Translations under genes and position numbers: made by a program
Notes under the pieces: generated by a model
The model's input: the letters and a program-made list of their open reading frames with translations, nothing else
The model's database searches: none
What the model was told of the DNA's origin: nothing
Shown: in pieces, positions 15,837 to 26,015 of the stretch
How positions within the stretch are numbered: position 1 is the stretch's first letter
Layout: every line of letters begins with the position of its first letter
Virus record (IMG/VR): IMGVR_UViG_3300022309_000009
Location: 1-50,072 of that record
Origin: a virus
Taxonomy: Duplodnaviria; Caudoviricetes
DNA length: 50,072 bases
Strand: one strand, 5' to 3'

Positions 15837-18800
15837 TGTCGTCGTACTCCGGGGGTATCTCAACTCCAGCGGGCGGGCGGCAACAGCAGGGCAAGAAGCC
15901 TCCAAGACCCCCAAGGTCGAAGCTCCCCGCGCTTCCGGGGACGATAGATCCGTCCACCGGCAAGGTGACGCAGATCGGCGATCAGTTCGGCCCCGACGCG
16001 CAGCGGCGTAATGCGCGTCGGCGCAGAGAGATTCTTCGTCGCCAGCGGCTTCTCGCTGGGGCTGGGTTCCAGGTTGTGCCTGATGGCGTTTGGGGGCCGC
16101 GCTCCCAGACTGCTTGGAATCGCTACCTCCGGAATCGGAGCGTCGTCACCAAGAAGTCTCCACAGGACAAACTGGATCTTACGGAGCCAGGGACGGCTCC
16201 CACCACTACAAATGACAAGCGCGAGCAGAATGCCTTTCGGCGCGAGCAGGCTCGTCGTAAGGCGGAGCTTGCGCTAAAGAAGCAGATCGCTGACCAGCGT
16301 GCCGCGATTCTGAATCGGGCTGCGTCCCTGCGACGAGATCCTACGCTCGCCAAGGATATGACGCTTCGTCAGATTGCTGACGTCCTTGTTGATCGCGAGG
16401 TTGACTACCACCCGGACAAGAACGTCAATCTCACTAAGGCCCTCCAGATCAAGCTCGTCGCCAGGGGCTACAAGGTCAAGATCGACGGTCATTTCAACGT
16501 GGCTACTGCCAATGCGTTGAAGAAGGCGGAGGCGGCTGAGGTCGCTGCCGAGAAGAAGAGACAGGCCGCTTTCCTTGCCGACCGGCTTTACGGAAGTGGC
16601 GAGATCAAGCCCGGCGATACGCCTGCTTGGTGGGGCTTCGGCGCGATCCCGACCAAGGACAAGCTTCTGGCCACTCTTCAGGAAGGCGGTTTCTCGGCTG
16701 ACCTGATGTTTCAGCAGCTCCTTGAGCAGGTTCTTTCGCCCAATGTCGGTTGGCGTGCCGTACAGGCGCAGAACTTGGCTCGCATCGCCAACACGCTCCA
16801 GCCTGGCGGCGCTGCCGCTACCACGTCTCGTCTTACCGGCGATGCGTCTTCTGTGCCGCTCTGGATGTACCTCGTGGACATCATTGGTGTGCAGGACTTC
16901 GTGCCTTTCGGTGACTACTCGTTGAAGGCCGGTGTGTCTGAGGAGTGGCGACTGAGGGCGTTGCAGGAGCGGGCGAAACACAAGGACGTTCTGCTCCAGA
17001 ACGCTGCCACACGCAGCGCCACCATCGGGCAGGCGATGGCGCTGATGGGCGCTACTTCGCCGCAGGACTTCAAGGAGAAGATGTTTGCCCTCTCGGTCAA
17101 GGAGGAGGCGAAGTTCAAGCAGCTCCAGCAGTCCATCGCCTCGCAGGATGCCTCTTGGTGGGGCGACGCTATCAGTTCTATTTTCTGGGTCGGCGAGCAG
17201 GCCCGTACCGGCATCGCGAGCGGTCTTATCAATCCGCTGGCTCCGCAGACCGCCCCGGCCAAGCAGGAGCAGGCCGAGAGGGCCATCCAGGAGATGAATC
17301 CGGTGCTTCGGTTCGCCTTCGAGATTACGTTTGATCCGCTGAACCTCGTGGCTCCTGCTCGGTTTGCTTCGGCTGGTGCTGCTCTCTCTCTGCGAGCCTT
17401 CGGGCGGGGTGCGTCTCTCGGTCGCTACGTCGTCGTGGGCGAGGGGCTGTCGAAGGCTCTGGTTTACCAGAAGGGGACGTGGAGCAAGCTCGATGTCGCC
17501 TCTCGTCTCATCTCTGCTGACGACCCCTTCCGCATTACCGACTCCCAGCTTGGCAAGCGCGTAGAGGAGCTGACTCGACGTCTGTCTGTGACAAAGGACA
17601 AGGCAATGCTTGCCGTCTCGAAGCGACTCAAGCAAGCCCATCGTTTTGGCTGGAAGAACCCGACCTTCTCGGTTGCCGGGAAACGGATTGTTCTCCCCAA
17701 GTTTGGCAGCAAGCTGGCTAACGAATGGCTTGCCAAGACCGACATCGAGATGGCGCAGATGCTCCAAGACGCTCCTGTCTTCAAGCGCCTGGTGGCCACG
17801 TTGAAGAGCAAGAATGCCTCTCTCTACTCGGACTTTCTTCGTGGCCCGAAGAGTCAGTATGGCGCTGCGCTTAGCGGGCATCTGGGCGAGACGTTTAGGC
17901 CGTTGCTCGTCGCCCACCTTGCTCTCTCAACTGCGAACGATGCCTACAAGGCGAAGCTCGCGGTTCTCGCGGAGCAGGGTGTTACCGAGGGTGAGATGCG
18001 TGCCGCAATCCACGATGCTCGCATTGCGGCCCAGGAGGAATACACCACGATCCTTCGCGGTTTCGGGACGTTCCGTGCTGGCGGCGCAAATCCCGCGCTG
18101 TCTGATTGGGCCGGACGTAACTTGCAGAAGGAGTTGGCTGACCGGGTGGCTGCTCTTCAGGAGCAGGTTGAAAGTATGGTCTTCCCGGCGATTCAGGATG
18201 CGCTAGAGAAGCACGCAGATGACCTTCTTCGTTCGGCCAAGGCGCAACACGCGCTGTCAAGCGACACTGTTCGCGCTGCCGCCAAGCCTGTCACGCACGG
18301 AGGAGAGCAGGACTTCCTTCGCTACGCTGAGAATGGAGAGGCTGGCTACTCGTTCGTTACTGTGAAGGGCGGCAAGGCTGCTGTCTTCCGCGCTGGCGAT
18401 GGCTCTGTGCGGGGTCATGCTCTAGTCGGCGAGAACGGTTCTGTTCGTGTCTTCGTTGACCCGTCCTTCCGCCGTAAGGGCGTTGCCACTGAGCTGTACC
18501 AGACCCTCTCTCGAAATGGTGTCCCGGTAGAGAACCTGTCGGGGAAGGGGGCTATTACGACCGAGGGTGCTGAGTTCTTCGCGGGCCGACGCGCCAAGAT
18601 GGCAGGTCTTACCGAGCATCCTCTTTGGGATGACGCTGGTAACTGGCGCCATGCTGGCGCCGTAGACCAGGGCGACTTGGTTCGTACGATTCGTGAGTCC
18701 TTTGAGCGACCTGTGTCAATCAAGAACCATCGCTTCGGCCTCGGCCATACCAATGCAGAGATGGTCGCCGTCGTGACTCGCGAGCTGGGTATCAACGTGG

Positions 18801-21800
18801 GGCGTCTTGATGACTATGCCGCCCGTAAGATCGCTTCTGGCGTTATCACGGGCGCCGAAGACCGCGCTGCCGCCTCTCTTGCTCACCTTGATGAGGAGGA
18901 GCGGTTGATCCAGACGATCACTGGCTCCTGGGAGAAGCGAGCGGATGGCTTCTGGTACGACACGCGCGAGACGCTTGCGGAGAGCAATCTCTACGCCCGC
19001 CATCTCGATATGTACGACAAGAAGCTGGACTTCTCCGACTCCCTTGGAGAGATCGACGTTCTCGCGGTTCTGGGGCAGGCCGTTTCTCCTGCTGACTTTA
19101 CTCCCTTGGAGCAAGACCTGTTCAATATCGGTGCGTCGATGTCTGGCATCTGGTCTACCGAGCTTGCTGGCACCGGATTCCGCACGCCTGGCCTGAGTGG
19201 CGCTCTTACTCAGCACTCTGAGAAGATCCGCGAGACTCTTGATCGACGTGCGTACGCGCTGCGGCTTGCGGAGGAGTCCGCTCTTCCCAAGCTGCTCCTG
19301 GAGCAGGGCGCCGTGTGGCGTGCCTTCCAGTACTCGCAGAACCGGCTCCTCCAGATTTCGTACAAGGGGCTGAGCGCCCAGCTCGCACTATGGAAGTTCG
19401 CGACTCTGGCCTTGCGTCCTGCCTGGGCGATCCGGAACCATATCGACAACGTCGCCAAAGGCTTTATTAGTGGTGTCCATGATCCGCGAGCGTATATTGC
19501 TGGCCCCGCGTCTGCTGCGAGCAAGAAGGTTGCCTCCGTTCTAGAGCAGGACATTGCTCAGCTCCGGCAGCTCATTACCTTCTGTGATGACCTCTTCGGG
19601 ACGAATGTTGGCAAGCACTTCGATGTGATTGTCAACAGCATGTGGGAGCATTCTCCAGATGTCCTGAGCCGTCTTTTCAAGTCTCTGGACATCGAAGTTC
19701 CTCCCGAGGTTTTGGAAATGGGGCTGCGCCAGGACATTTGGGATCGGTCGCGCTTCAAGCTCATCAATGTGCCGAATGAGGAGCGTCTTACTGAGGTTGG
19801 CGCTGACCCGTCGTTGGTTCGCCCGCCCAAGAAGAAGGCCGGGGATGAAGGCTTCGCCGAGCGGTTCAAGCAAGGCATGTGGAATGTCATGGGCGCCGCC
19901 CCCGAGAACTATATGCGCCGAGTCATCTACCGGGACGAATACGCAAAGGCTCTGAAGGATCTTGCTGATTCTGGTATGAATGCGGTGCAGATTCATCTTG
20001 AGGCGACGAACCGCGCGTTGCAGCGCGTTGAGGACACGCTTTTCGACTACTCGAAGATCAGCGTCGCCGAGGACAACCTCAAGGTCTTCTTCCCCTTCAT
20101 TCAGTTCTGGCGCAAGAACAGCGTCTTCTGGATCGACTCGTTTGCAACAAAGCCGTGGCTTACGTCGGCTGTGCTGCACTTTGATGATGACCGGCGCGAG
20201 GCTCACGCTGATCTACCGATGTGGATGGAGCGGTACTTCCACACGGACGAGATCGCTGATGCTCTTGCCGTTGTCCCTGGCCTGTCGGATGCCTTTCTGG
20301 CGCTTGGCCTTGGCGATGGAGCGCAGTTCGACCCGATTTCTTGGACGTCGATGGCTCCGTTCTATCGCGCCTTCAAGGTGGCGGCGTATGGTGAGAATCA
20401 GCTTCTCCCCTCTGACCGACCTGCCCGCCTTGCCATCGTTGGGGCGATGCTCGACTCTCTGAACGACTGGGGCTTGGGCATGAACCCGTTTTTCCGCAAG
20501 CCCCTAGAAGCTGCTGGTGTGGCGAACTATCGTGCCTGGCAGCGGGTCTTCCCGCAGACGGCTCTGGCCGAGGCGGTCGCGAATGCCTCTGGGCAGGAAG
20601 GTATCGCCAGGCTAGTTGTTTCGATGGAGAAAGTCGTCTCCTTGAACTTCCCCATCACTGGCTCGAACGACATCGCTGACAACTTCGACTACTGGGTGCA
20701 GACGGTCGTGGCCGAGCAGGTTGCGTCGGGCGAGAAGCCTGACATCGCGAAGGCAGAGGAGACGATCCGTGACTGGTTTCTCATCCAGAACCTCTGGGGC
20801 TACTTCGGTGGTATCTACTGGCGACGCGCCACCCCGGAGGATCTGTACCTCTCCAAGCTTCAGGACGACGTCCTTACCGGCCACATCGAGTTCGACTCGC
20901 TTTCGTCCAAGGACAAGAAGCTCTTGCATCTCTGGTCGATGCGCGGCATGGACAGACTTACCTACGACCGCTATATCGCCCTCCAGCCTGTCATCGAGGC
21001 GTTCTTCCGGGGCGACAACGAGACGAAGGACAAGATCAAGAAGGAGAATCCGGAGATCATTCGCTGGACGGATGGTTCCTTCACTGGCCACCCTGTCTCG
21101 CAGAAGTTCATCCGCTATGCGCAGCGGTACGTCGATCAGGAGTTGTACTTCCAGGCTCTTGAGATCGCTGACACGCTGGACGTCGCCCCCGACGTCCGTC
21201 AGGTGGCGGCGGATCTGTTTCTCACGCCGGAGCTGAAGGCGTACTGGGAGAAGAACGCGACGCCGACGCGCATCCGTGAGCGGATGCTTCAGGCCGAGGT
21301 TCGCGACTACTTCAACACCCTGAACAAGGGGTACTTCGCGATTCCCGAGTCTGACCACGATGCTCGCGACGCCTTTGTTGAAGATCATCCCGAGCTTGTT
21401 CGCCACTGGAACAAGAACAACGATCCGAGCGACGACTACGGTGCGATCCTTGGTAGCGCCAAGGCTGACCTCCGCGACATCTACTTCCGGGTCGTTCAGC
21501 ATGAAGGCTGGGATGGTGCGGCCTCGTTTCTTAAGCAGTTTCCCTTCATGTTCGAGGGGACGAGTGCTGAGAAGAAGGTGAAGGATGGTGAGTTCATTCC
21601 TGGCGGCGGCAAGTGGAGTGCCGCTCGTATCGCCGACTTCCGCGAGGCCAAGCCGCATCTTTCCTGGTTCTTCGACACCTTCATGCCGAAGATTGGGCAG
21701 GAAAAGGCGTTCAAGTGGCTGGAGGATTCGGATACGGAGCGGGCCAAGATCATTCTCGACTACTTCAAGAAGTACCCCAGCACGAAGCGGCTTGCGTACA

Positions 21801-22900
21801 TGAAGGCCGCTCCCTGGCTTAAGCTCTACTTCGGTCTGCCGCCCGCTGAGCGAGGCGCGTGGCTGCGCGGTGGCTCCGAGGGGGCGAAGATCGTCCTCTC
21901 CTTCTTCGAGAAGTATGGTAAGGAGCAGTCGCAGCACGCCACGGACTTCCTGGAGGCCAAGTCTGTTCTCGACTTCTACTTCAAGATCCCGAAGCAGCAG
22001 CGCGATGACTGGCTTAAGTCTGGTGATCCTCGCGCTGCGAAGGTGTTGGCCTACTTCAAGAAGTACGGCAAGCAGCATCAGTTTGAGCGTGCTTTCAAGA
22101 AGCTCGTCGCCAAGTACCCGGAGCTGGCCCACGGGACGCCAGAGCAGGTACGGCGGATGGAGTTCTGGAAGCAGTACTTCGCGATCACTCCGGATCAGCG
22201 ACCCATGTTCGTCCTCCAAGAGGCCGAGAATCACGGCATCTTCATTTACGGCGAGTTTGGTGAGAAGCTCAATCACGACCGCGAGGAGGAGTATCTGCGG
22301 CGTGGAGTTGGGCTGGGCCTTTCCAAGCGGCAGTCCGCCTTCCTCTTTGTGAAGCCTCTCCTTGAGTTCTACCGCCAGCTTTCGAGTGACGAGAAGCCTC
22401 TCTTCGTTCGCGCGAACCCGGAGCTTCAATGGTACTTCGACAACTTCTCGAACGGTAGCGTCACTGGCGACAAGAAGCTCGATCCGCTTGTGGAGCAATA
22501 TTTCAGGCTCCCAGCCAACTCGCTCGCACGCTCAGCCTTCCTTCGCAAGCACCCGGAGGTTCAAGAGTGGTTCGACAAGCGCAGCTCTCCTGCTGAGCGG
22601 GCGATGAGAAGCTTGCTGACTCAGTACTTCGCCCTAGGTGGCTGGCAGCGTAGTGACTTCCTCCTCGATCATCCCGAGATCCAGACCTTCTTTGATCGGC
22701 GCCGGATTGAGAAGGCTTCCGAGCTGGCCCAGTTGTCGGCTTTCGATACTTCTGACCCGCGCCTGCGGCCCTTCTATGAAGACGCTGCTGATCTTGAGCG
22801 TGCTGCTGGGCGAATGCGTGCAAAGCTTCGGCAGTCGGCCATCAATCGCATGGTTCCGGACACGATTGAGACGCGCCGAGAACGTCGTCCGGCTGCTTGA
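15836..22900 (+). CDS. Giant (2354 aa) putative internal virion / ejection polyvalent protein
   Basis: Two PG-binding-like motifs (DGVWGPRSQTAW, DGHFNVATANAL), GNAT motif (VDPSFRRKGVATELY), C-terminal helical repeats. Confidence 0.7.
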   Translation: MSSYSGGISTPAGGRQQQGKKPPRPPRSKLPALPGTIDPSTGKVTQIGDQFGPDAQRRNARRRREILRRQRLLAGAGFQVVPDGVWGPRSQTAWNRYLRNRSVVTKKSPQDKLDLTEPGTAPTTTNDKREQNAFRREQARRKAELALKKQIADQRAAILNRAASLRRDPTLAKDMTLRQIADVLVDREVDYHPDKNVNLTKALQIKLVARGYKVKIDGHFNVATANALKKAEAAEVAAEKKRQAAFLADRLYGSGEIKPGDTPAWWGFGAIPTKDKLLATLQEGGFSADLMFQQLLEQVLSPNVGWRAVQAQNLARIANTLQPGGAAATTSRLTGDASSVPLWMYLVDIIGVQDFVPFGDYSLKAGVSEEWRLRALQERAKHKDVLLQNAATRSATIGQAMALMGATSPQDFKEKMFALSVKEEAKFKQLQQSIASQDASWWGDAISSIFWVGEQARTGIASGLINPLAPQTAPAKQEQAERAIQEMNPVLRFAFEITFDPLNLVAPARFASAGAALSLRAFGRGASLGRYVVVGEGLSKALVYQKGTWSKLDVASRLISADDPFRITDSQLGKRVEELTRRLSVTKDKAMLAVSKRLKQAHRFGWKNPTFSVAGKRIVLPKFGSKLANEWLAKTDIEMAQMLQDAPVFKRLVATLKSKNASLYSDFLRGPKSQYGAALSGHLGETFRPLLVAHLALSTANDAYKAKLAVLAEQGVTEGEMRAAIHDARIAAQEEYTTILRGFGTFRAGGANPALSDWAGRNLQKELADRVAALQEQVESMVFPAIQDALEKHADDLLRSAKAQHALSSDTVRAAAKPVTHGGEQDFLRYAENGEAGYSFVTVKGGKAAVFRAGDGSVRGHALVGENGSVRVFVDPSFRRKGVATELYQTLSRNGVPVENLSGKGAITTEGAEFFAGRRAKMAGLTEHPLWDDAGNWRHAGAVDQGDLVRTIRESFERPVSIKNHRFGLGHTNAEMVAVVTRELGINVGRLDDYAARKIASGVITGAEDRAAASLAHLDEEERLIQTITGSWEKRADGFWYDTRETLAESNLYARHLDMYDKKLDFSDSLGEIDVLAVLGQAVSPADFTPLEQDLFNIGASMSGIWSTELAGTGFRTPGLSGALTQHSEKIRETLDRRAYALRLAEESALPKLLLEQGAVWRAFQYSQNRLLQISYKGLSAQLALWKFATLALRPAWAIRNHIDNVAKGFISGVHDPRAYIAGPASAASKKVASVLEQDIAQLRQLITFCDDLFGTNVGKHFDVIVNSMWEHSPDVLSRLFKSLDIEVPPEVLEMGLRQDIWDRSRFKLINVPNEERLTEVGADPSLVRPPKKKAGDEGFAERFKQGMWNVMGAAPENYMRRVIYRDEYAKALKDLADSGMNAVQIHLEATNRALQRVEDTLFDYSKISVAEDNLKVFFPFIQFWRKNSVFWIDSFATKPWLTSAVLHFDDDRREAHADLPMWMERYFHTDEIADALAVVPGLSDAFLALGLGDGAQFDPISWTSMAPFYRAFKVAAYGENQLLPSDRPARLAIVGAMLDSLNDWGLGMNPFFRKPLEAAGVANYRAWQRVFPQTALAEAVANASGQEGIARLVVSMEKVVSLNFPITGSNDIADNFDYWVQTVVAEQVASGEKPDIAKAEETIRDWFLIQNLWGYFGGIYWRRATPEDLYLSKLQDDVLTGHIEFDSLSSKDKKLLHLWSMRGMDRLTYDRYIALQPVIEAFFRGDNETKDKIKKENPEIIRWTDGSFTGHPVSQKFIRYAQRYVDQELYFQALEIADTLDVAPDVRQVAADLFLTPELKAYWEKNATPTRIRERMLQAEVRDYFNTLNKGYFAIPESDHDARDAFVEDHPELVRHWNKNNDPSDDYGAILGSAKADLRDIYFRVVQHEGWDGAASFLKQFPFMFEGTSAEKKVKDGEFIPGGGKWSAARIADFREAKPHLSWFFDTFMPKIGQEKAFKWLEDSDTERAKIILDYFKKYPSTKRLAYMKAAPWLKLYFGLPPAERGAWLRGGSEGAKIVLSFFEKYGKEQSQHATDFLEAKSVLDFYFKIPKQQRDDWLKSGDPRAAKVLAYFKKYGKQHQFERAFKKLVAKYPELAHGTPEQVRRMEFWKQYFAITPDQRPMFVLQEAENHGIFIYGEFGEKLNHDREEEYLRRGVGLGLSKRQSAFLFVKPLLEFYRQLSSDEKPLFVRANPELQWYFDNFSNGSVTGDKKLDPLVEQYFRLPANSLARSAFLRKHPEVQEWFDKRSSPAERAMRSLLTQYFALGGWQRSDFLLDHPEIQTFFDRRRIEKASELAQLSAFDTSDPRLRPFYEDAADLERAAGRMRAKLRQSAINRMVPDTIETRRERRPAA

Positions 22901-22964
22901 TGTTTACCGCATCACATGTGAGGGCTTAGCCCTCGCTTTGGCGCTTTACACATCGCATGTGATG

Positions 22965-22984
22965 TCCTACGCTTGATGTAGTAT
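22965..22984 (+). promoter_or_regulatory. Phage promoter motif copy
   Basis: TCCTACG-CTTGA-TGTAGTAT upstream of scaffold and capsid. Confidence 0.7.
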
Positions 22985-23014
22985 TTTCCTGTACCCTAGC
23001 AGGAGGGAATCAAC

Positions 23015-23680
23015 GTGAGTAATACCATGACTCAGCCCAGCCCCGATGCTTCTGCCGCCCCTGGTTCCGATCAGGCTGCTGCTGGAGCCGGTGATGCTGC
23101 TGGAACCCCATCGGGATTCGTTCCGCTGGCGGAGGCTGAAAAGGCTCGTGAGGATGCTCGGAAGGCGGAACAGTCGGCGCGGGATCTTCGCACCGAGCTT
23201 GACCGCTTGAAGGCGGCTTCGGCTGCCGCTTCGACCACTCCGGCTCCGAAGAACGATTCGGGTTCCGATCTGGATGCGTTCAAGAAGTCGCTTCTGCAAG
23301 AGGTCTACGGGGCGAACCTCATGTCCCAGGCTTCTATCGCGCTGAAGTCCGAGTTCCCGGACGCTGATCCGGCGCTGTTTTCGCCGGATAGGCTCTCGCA
23401 GTTCGGTTCGCCTGAAGCATTCCGCTTCGCGGTGGAGGACAGTCACAAGCGCGTGGCTGCAATCCTCGCCGAGAGGGCGGTTGCTATCGAGGCGAAGGTA
23501 CGCGAGGAGATGGCTTCCAAGTTCGGTGATGGTGGGGCTGGCGCTGCTGGCTCGACCTCCGCGCCTGGGGCCGATCCGACTCCCGCGCAGCTCGCGGCCA
23601 TGTCTGTTGCGGAGATGAATGCCCTTGAGGCTGCGTCTCCCGGTGTCATGGATCGCGTTCTCAAGGCGGCGTCGGCCTAA
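23015..23680 (+). CDS. Capsid scaffolding protein
   Basis: Ala-rich coiled-coil protein immediately before the MCP; AGGAGG RBS. Confidence 0.75.
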   Translation: MSNTMTQPSPDASAAPGSDQAAAGAGDAAGTPSGFVPLAEAEKAREDARKAEQSARDLRTELDRLKAASAAASTTPAPKNDSGSDLDAFKKSLLQEVYGANLMSQASIALKSEFPDADPALFSPDRLSQFGSPEAFRFAVEDSHKRVAAILAERAVAIEAKVREEMASKFGDGGAGAAGSTSAPGADPTPAQLAAMSVAEMNALEAASPGVMDRVLKAASA

Positions 23681-23712
23681 CCGGCAACGACGACGAAAGG
23701 TTTTAGAGAACC

Positions 23713-24702
23713 ATGGCGACCACCACTCCCACCAACGTAGACAGCTCGATTCCCGAGCTGTGGGCGAAGCTTACGCTTCGCGACATGCTGCGCAGCGGCT
23801 TCTGGGCATCGAAGTCTGGCGCAGAGGGTAGTCGTTCGGCCATCATCATGGCCAGCGATCTGCTGAACAACCCCGGTGACACTGTTCACATCCAGGTCAC
23901 GAACCCTCTCGCTGGAGCGGGTGTGGCTGGCGACGTGACGGCGCTCGAAGGGTCTGAGGAGAATCTCGCGACGAGCGAGATCAAGGTCATTCCGCTCCTC
24001 TACCGCCACGGCGTTCGCTCGTATACCAGGGCGCAGAAGAAGAGCATCGTGGATCTCCGCATGGAGGGCAAGATGCGCCTCGCAGAGTGGGGCCAGGAGA
24101 AGATGGACGACGTTCGCTTCGCCAACTTTTCCCAGCTCACTGGTGTGATCAACGGCGAGACGTATACGGCGAATGCTCGCTCCGCTGGTGGCGGGACGGG
24201 TGTTGCCGCAGACATCGCTGCTGGCGATCACATCACTGTGGCTGAGCTTCAGAAGTCGAAGCTCACCCTGTACAACAACCGCGCTCTCCCGCTCAAGTCC
24301 TCGGACGGGCAGGACTTCTACGCGGCTGTGTGCCACCCGAACAGCGTCTACAACCTGAAGCGGGAAGCTGAGTACCGCGATTGGGTCAAGGACGCGGAGG
24401 TTCGCGGTGCAGGAAACCCGTTCTTCGTGGGCGCGACTGCCATGATCGACGGAATCCTGCTCTTCCAGCACAACAACGTCGTCACGGCTGCTGACGGTGC
24501 AGCGAGCATTGCCGTCTCCCGCAACCTCATCTTCGGCGCAGAGGCGTTCGTTGAGGGGCTGGACGAGAACGTGTCGTGGGCGGAGGACTCCTTCGACTAC
24601 GGCAACCAGTTCGGGATCGCGTACGGGTTCGCTTTCCAGCCCCGCAGGGCGCTGGCGAAGAACTCGCTGATCCTTCTGGCCGACGCGGTGGCCATCGCCT
24701 AG
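23713..24702 (+). CDS. Major capsid protein (HK97 fold, N4-gp56-like)
   Basis: IPELWAK...GDTVHI...LEGSEE...HPNSVYNLK...IDGILL...FDYGNQFGI pattern. Confidence 0.88.
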   Translation: MATTTPTNVDSSIPELWAKLTLRDMLRSGFWASKSGAEGSRSAIIMASDLLNNPGDTVHIQVTNPLAGAGVAGDVTALEGSEENLATSEIKVIPLLYRHGVRSYTRAQKKSIVDLRMEGKMRLAEWGQEKMDDVRFANFSQLTGVINGETYTANARSAGGGTGVAADIAAGDHITVAELQKSKLTLYNNRALPLKSSDGQDFYAAVCHPNSVYNLKREAEYRDWVKDAEVRGAGNPFFVGATAMIDGILLFQHNNVVTAADGAASIAVSRNLIFGAEAFVEGLDENVSWAEDSFDYGNQFGIAYGFAFQPRRALAKNSLILLADAVAIA

Positions 24703-24717
24703 TAAGCGATGCCGCTA

Positions 24718-24750
24718 GGGGGGAGGGGGCCGACGAGGCTCCCCTCCCCC
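24718..24750 (+). terminator. Hairpin after the major capsid gene
   Basis: GGGGGAGGGG/CCCCTCCCCC stem. Confidence 0.55.
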
Positions 24751-24760
24751 TCGGAGGCCC

Positions 24761-25309
24761 ATGGCCCGCAGCTACGACAACCGTCGATACCCCGCTGGCC
24801 CATATCTTGAGCCGACTGTTCAGCCCGCGTTGCGCGGGCCGAAGCGGACAGGCCCCATCGGAGAGCTTGTCCCTGGTGACGATGTCGAGGTCGCTCGCAT
24901 ACTCGCTCGTCTTCCCCGTCGTCCCAAGCGGGAAGCCGCTGTCTTTCACATCAAGCTAACGCAGGACGGAGCTGCGGCTACTGCTGTTGCTGTCGGCGAT
25001 GGTCTTTTCATTCTTGAAATCTCGGACGACATGGACTTGATGACGTTGCGTTCGGCCAAGCTCTTCTGTACGACCGTCTCTACGAGCGGCATTGTCACCG
25101 TCCAGCTTCGCAACATCACCACCGGCTTCGACATGCTGTCCACCAAGCTGACTATCGACGCTAACGAGAAGTCCTCGATTACTGCGGCGAATCCCTATGT
25201 TCTGAATCTGGAATATGTGCAGGTTCACGATGGCGACCAGATCGCCGTTGACGTTGATGTCGCTGGCACGGGGACGAAGGGTCTTGGTATCGTCCTTACC
25301 TTCAAGTAA
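24761..25309 (+). CDS. Putative virion protein
   Basis: Beta-rich C-terminal domain; GGAGG RBS. Confidence 0.65.
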   Translation: MARSYDNRRYPAGPYLEPTVQPALRGPKRTGPIGELVPGDDVEVARILARLPRRPKREAAVFHIKLTQDGAAATAVAVGDGLFILEISDDMDLMTLRSAKLFCTTVSTSGIVTVQLRNITTGFDMLSTKLTIDANEKSSITAANPYVLNLEYVQVHDGDQIAVDVDVAGTGTKGLGIVLTFK

Positions 25310-25986
25310 TGGCCGACATTCGTAAAAACTTCACGTTCTTTGATGACTTCAACCGTGCGAATGAAACTCCTCTAAGCGGCGGTGGTAACTGGGCCGGGCC
25401 GTCTGACAACGCTGTGTGGCCAACCTCTCCTCTTAGCCTTCTGTCGAATGTTGCTACACACAAGACTGGTAGGGCTAGTTCTGATTCGTATTGGACTCCT
25501 CGCACTTACGACGGTGATGATGCTGAGGCTTGGGCATATACGAAGGGGGGCAATGCCAGCGGCATTGCTTGGGGGATCGCACTCTGGAAAGACGTTGGTG
25601 GCTCCAATACCATCGACGGTTATCGCTTTCGTGTAGAAGTGTCCTCTGGCGGTGGCTCGTACGTTCTGCGAAGGTTCACCAACGGCGGGCAGGTACTCCT
25701 CAACTCGGTCGGGGGCGCTGCCACTGGCGGCGATTATTTCATGCTGATTCGCAGAAACGGCTCTTCTGTAGAGGGCTGGACGGCGCCTGCGGATGCGAGC
25801 GTCTGGACGAAGAGGGTTTCTGCTGTTGACACGACATATATGACTGGTTTCCATCTCGGCCTTGGCATCACTGATAACTCGGGTGCGCATGCCCTTGCCT
25901 GGGACAACTTCGGCGGTGGCCCGGCTCCTGTCACGACCTTCCTTCCGCAGATTTACCGTCGAACGAGGTTGCGCGGTGGCCGTTGA
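25309..25986 (+). CDS. Putative lectin-like virion protein
   Basis: FDDFNRAN...WDNFGGG beta-sandwich pattern. Confidence 0.65.
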   Translation: MADIRKNFTFFDDFNRANETPLSGGGNWAGPSDNAVWPTSPLSLLSNVATHKTGRASSDSYWTPRTYDGDDAEAWAYTKGGNASGIAWGIALWKDVGGSNTIDGYRFRVEVSSGGGSYVLRRFTNGGQVLLNSVGGAATGGDYFMLIRRNGSSVEGWTAPADASVWTKRVSAVDTTYMTGFHLGLGITDNSGAHALAWDNFGGGPAPVTTFLPQIYRRTRLRGGR

Positions 25987-25989
25987 TCG

Positions 25990-26009
25990 TCCTACGCAAC
26001 GTGTAGGAT
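25990..26009 (+). promoter_or_regulatory. Phage promoter motif copy (leaderless)
   Basis: TCCTACG-CAACG-TGTAGGAT, 6 nt before GTG 26016. Confidence 0.75.
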
Positions 26010-26015
26010 TACAGT

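Noticed and set aside
14361-22498. Long minus-strand ORFs (14361-15914, 16274-17917, 20612-22498; also 27008-28369)
   Set aside because: Antisense shadows of GC3-biased genuine genes; no motifs or RBS
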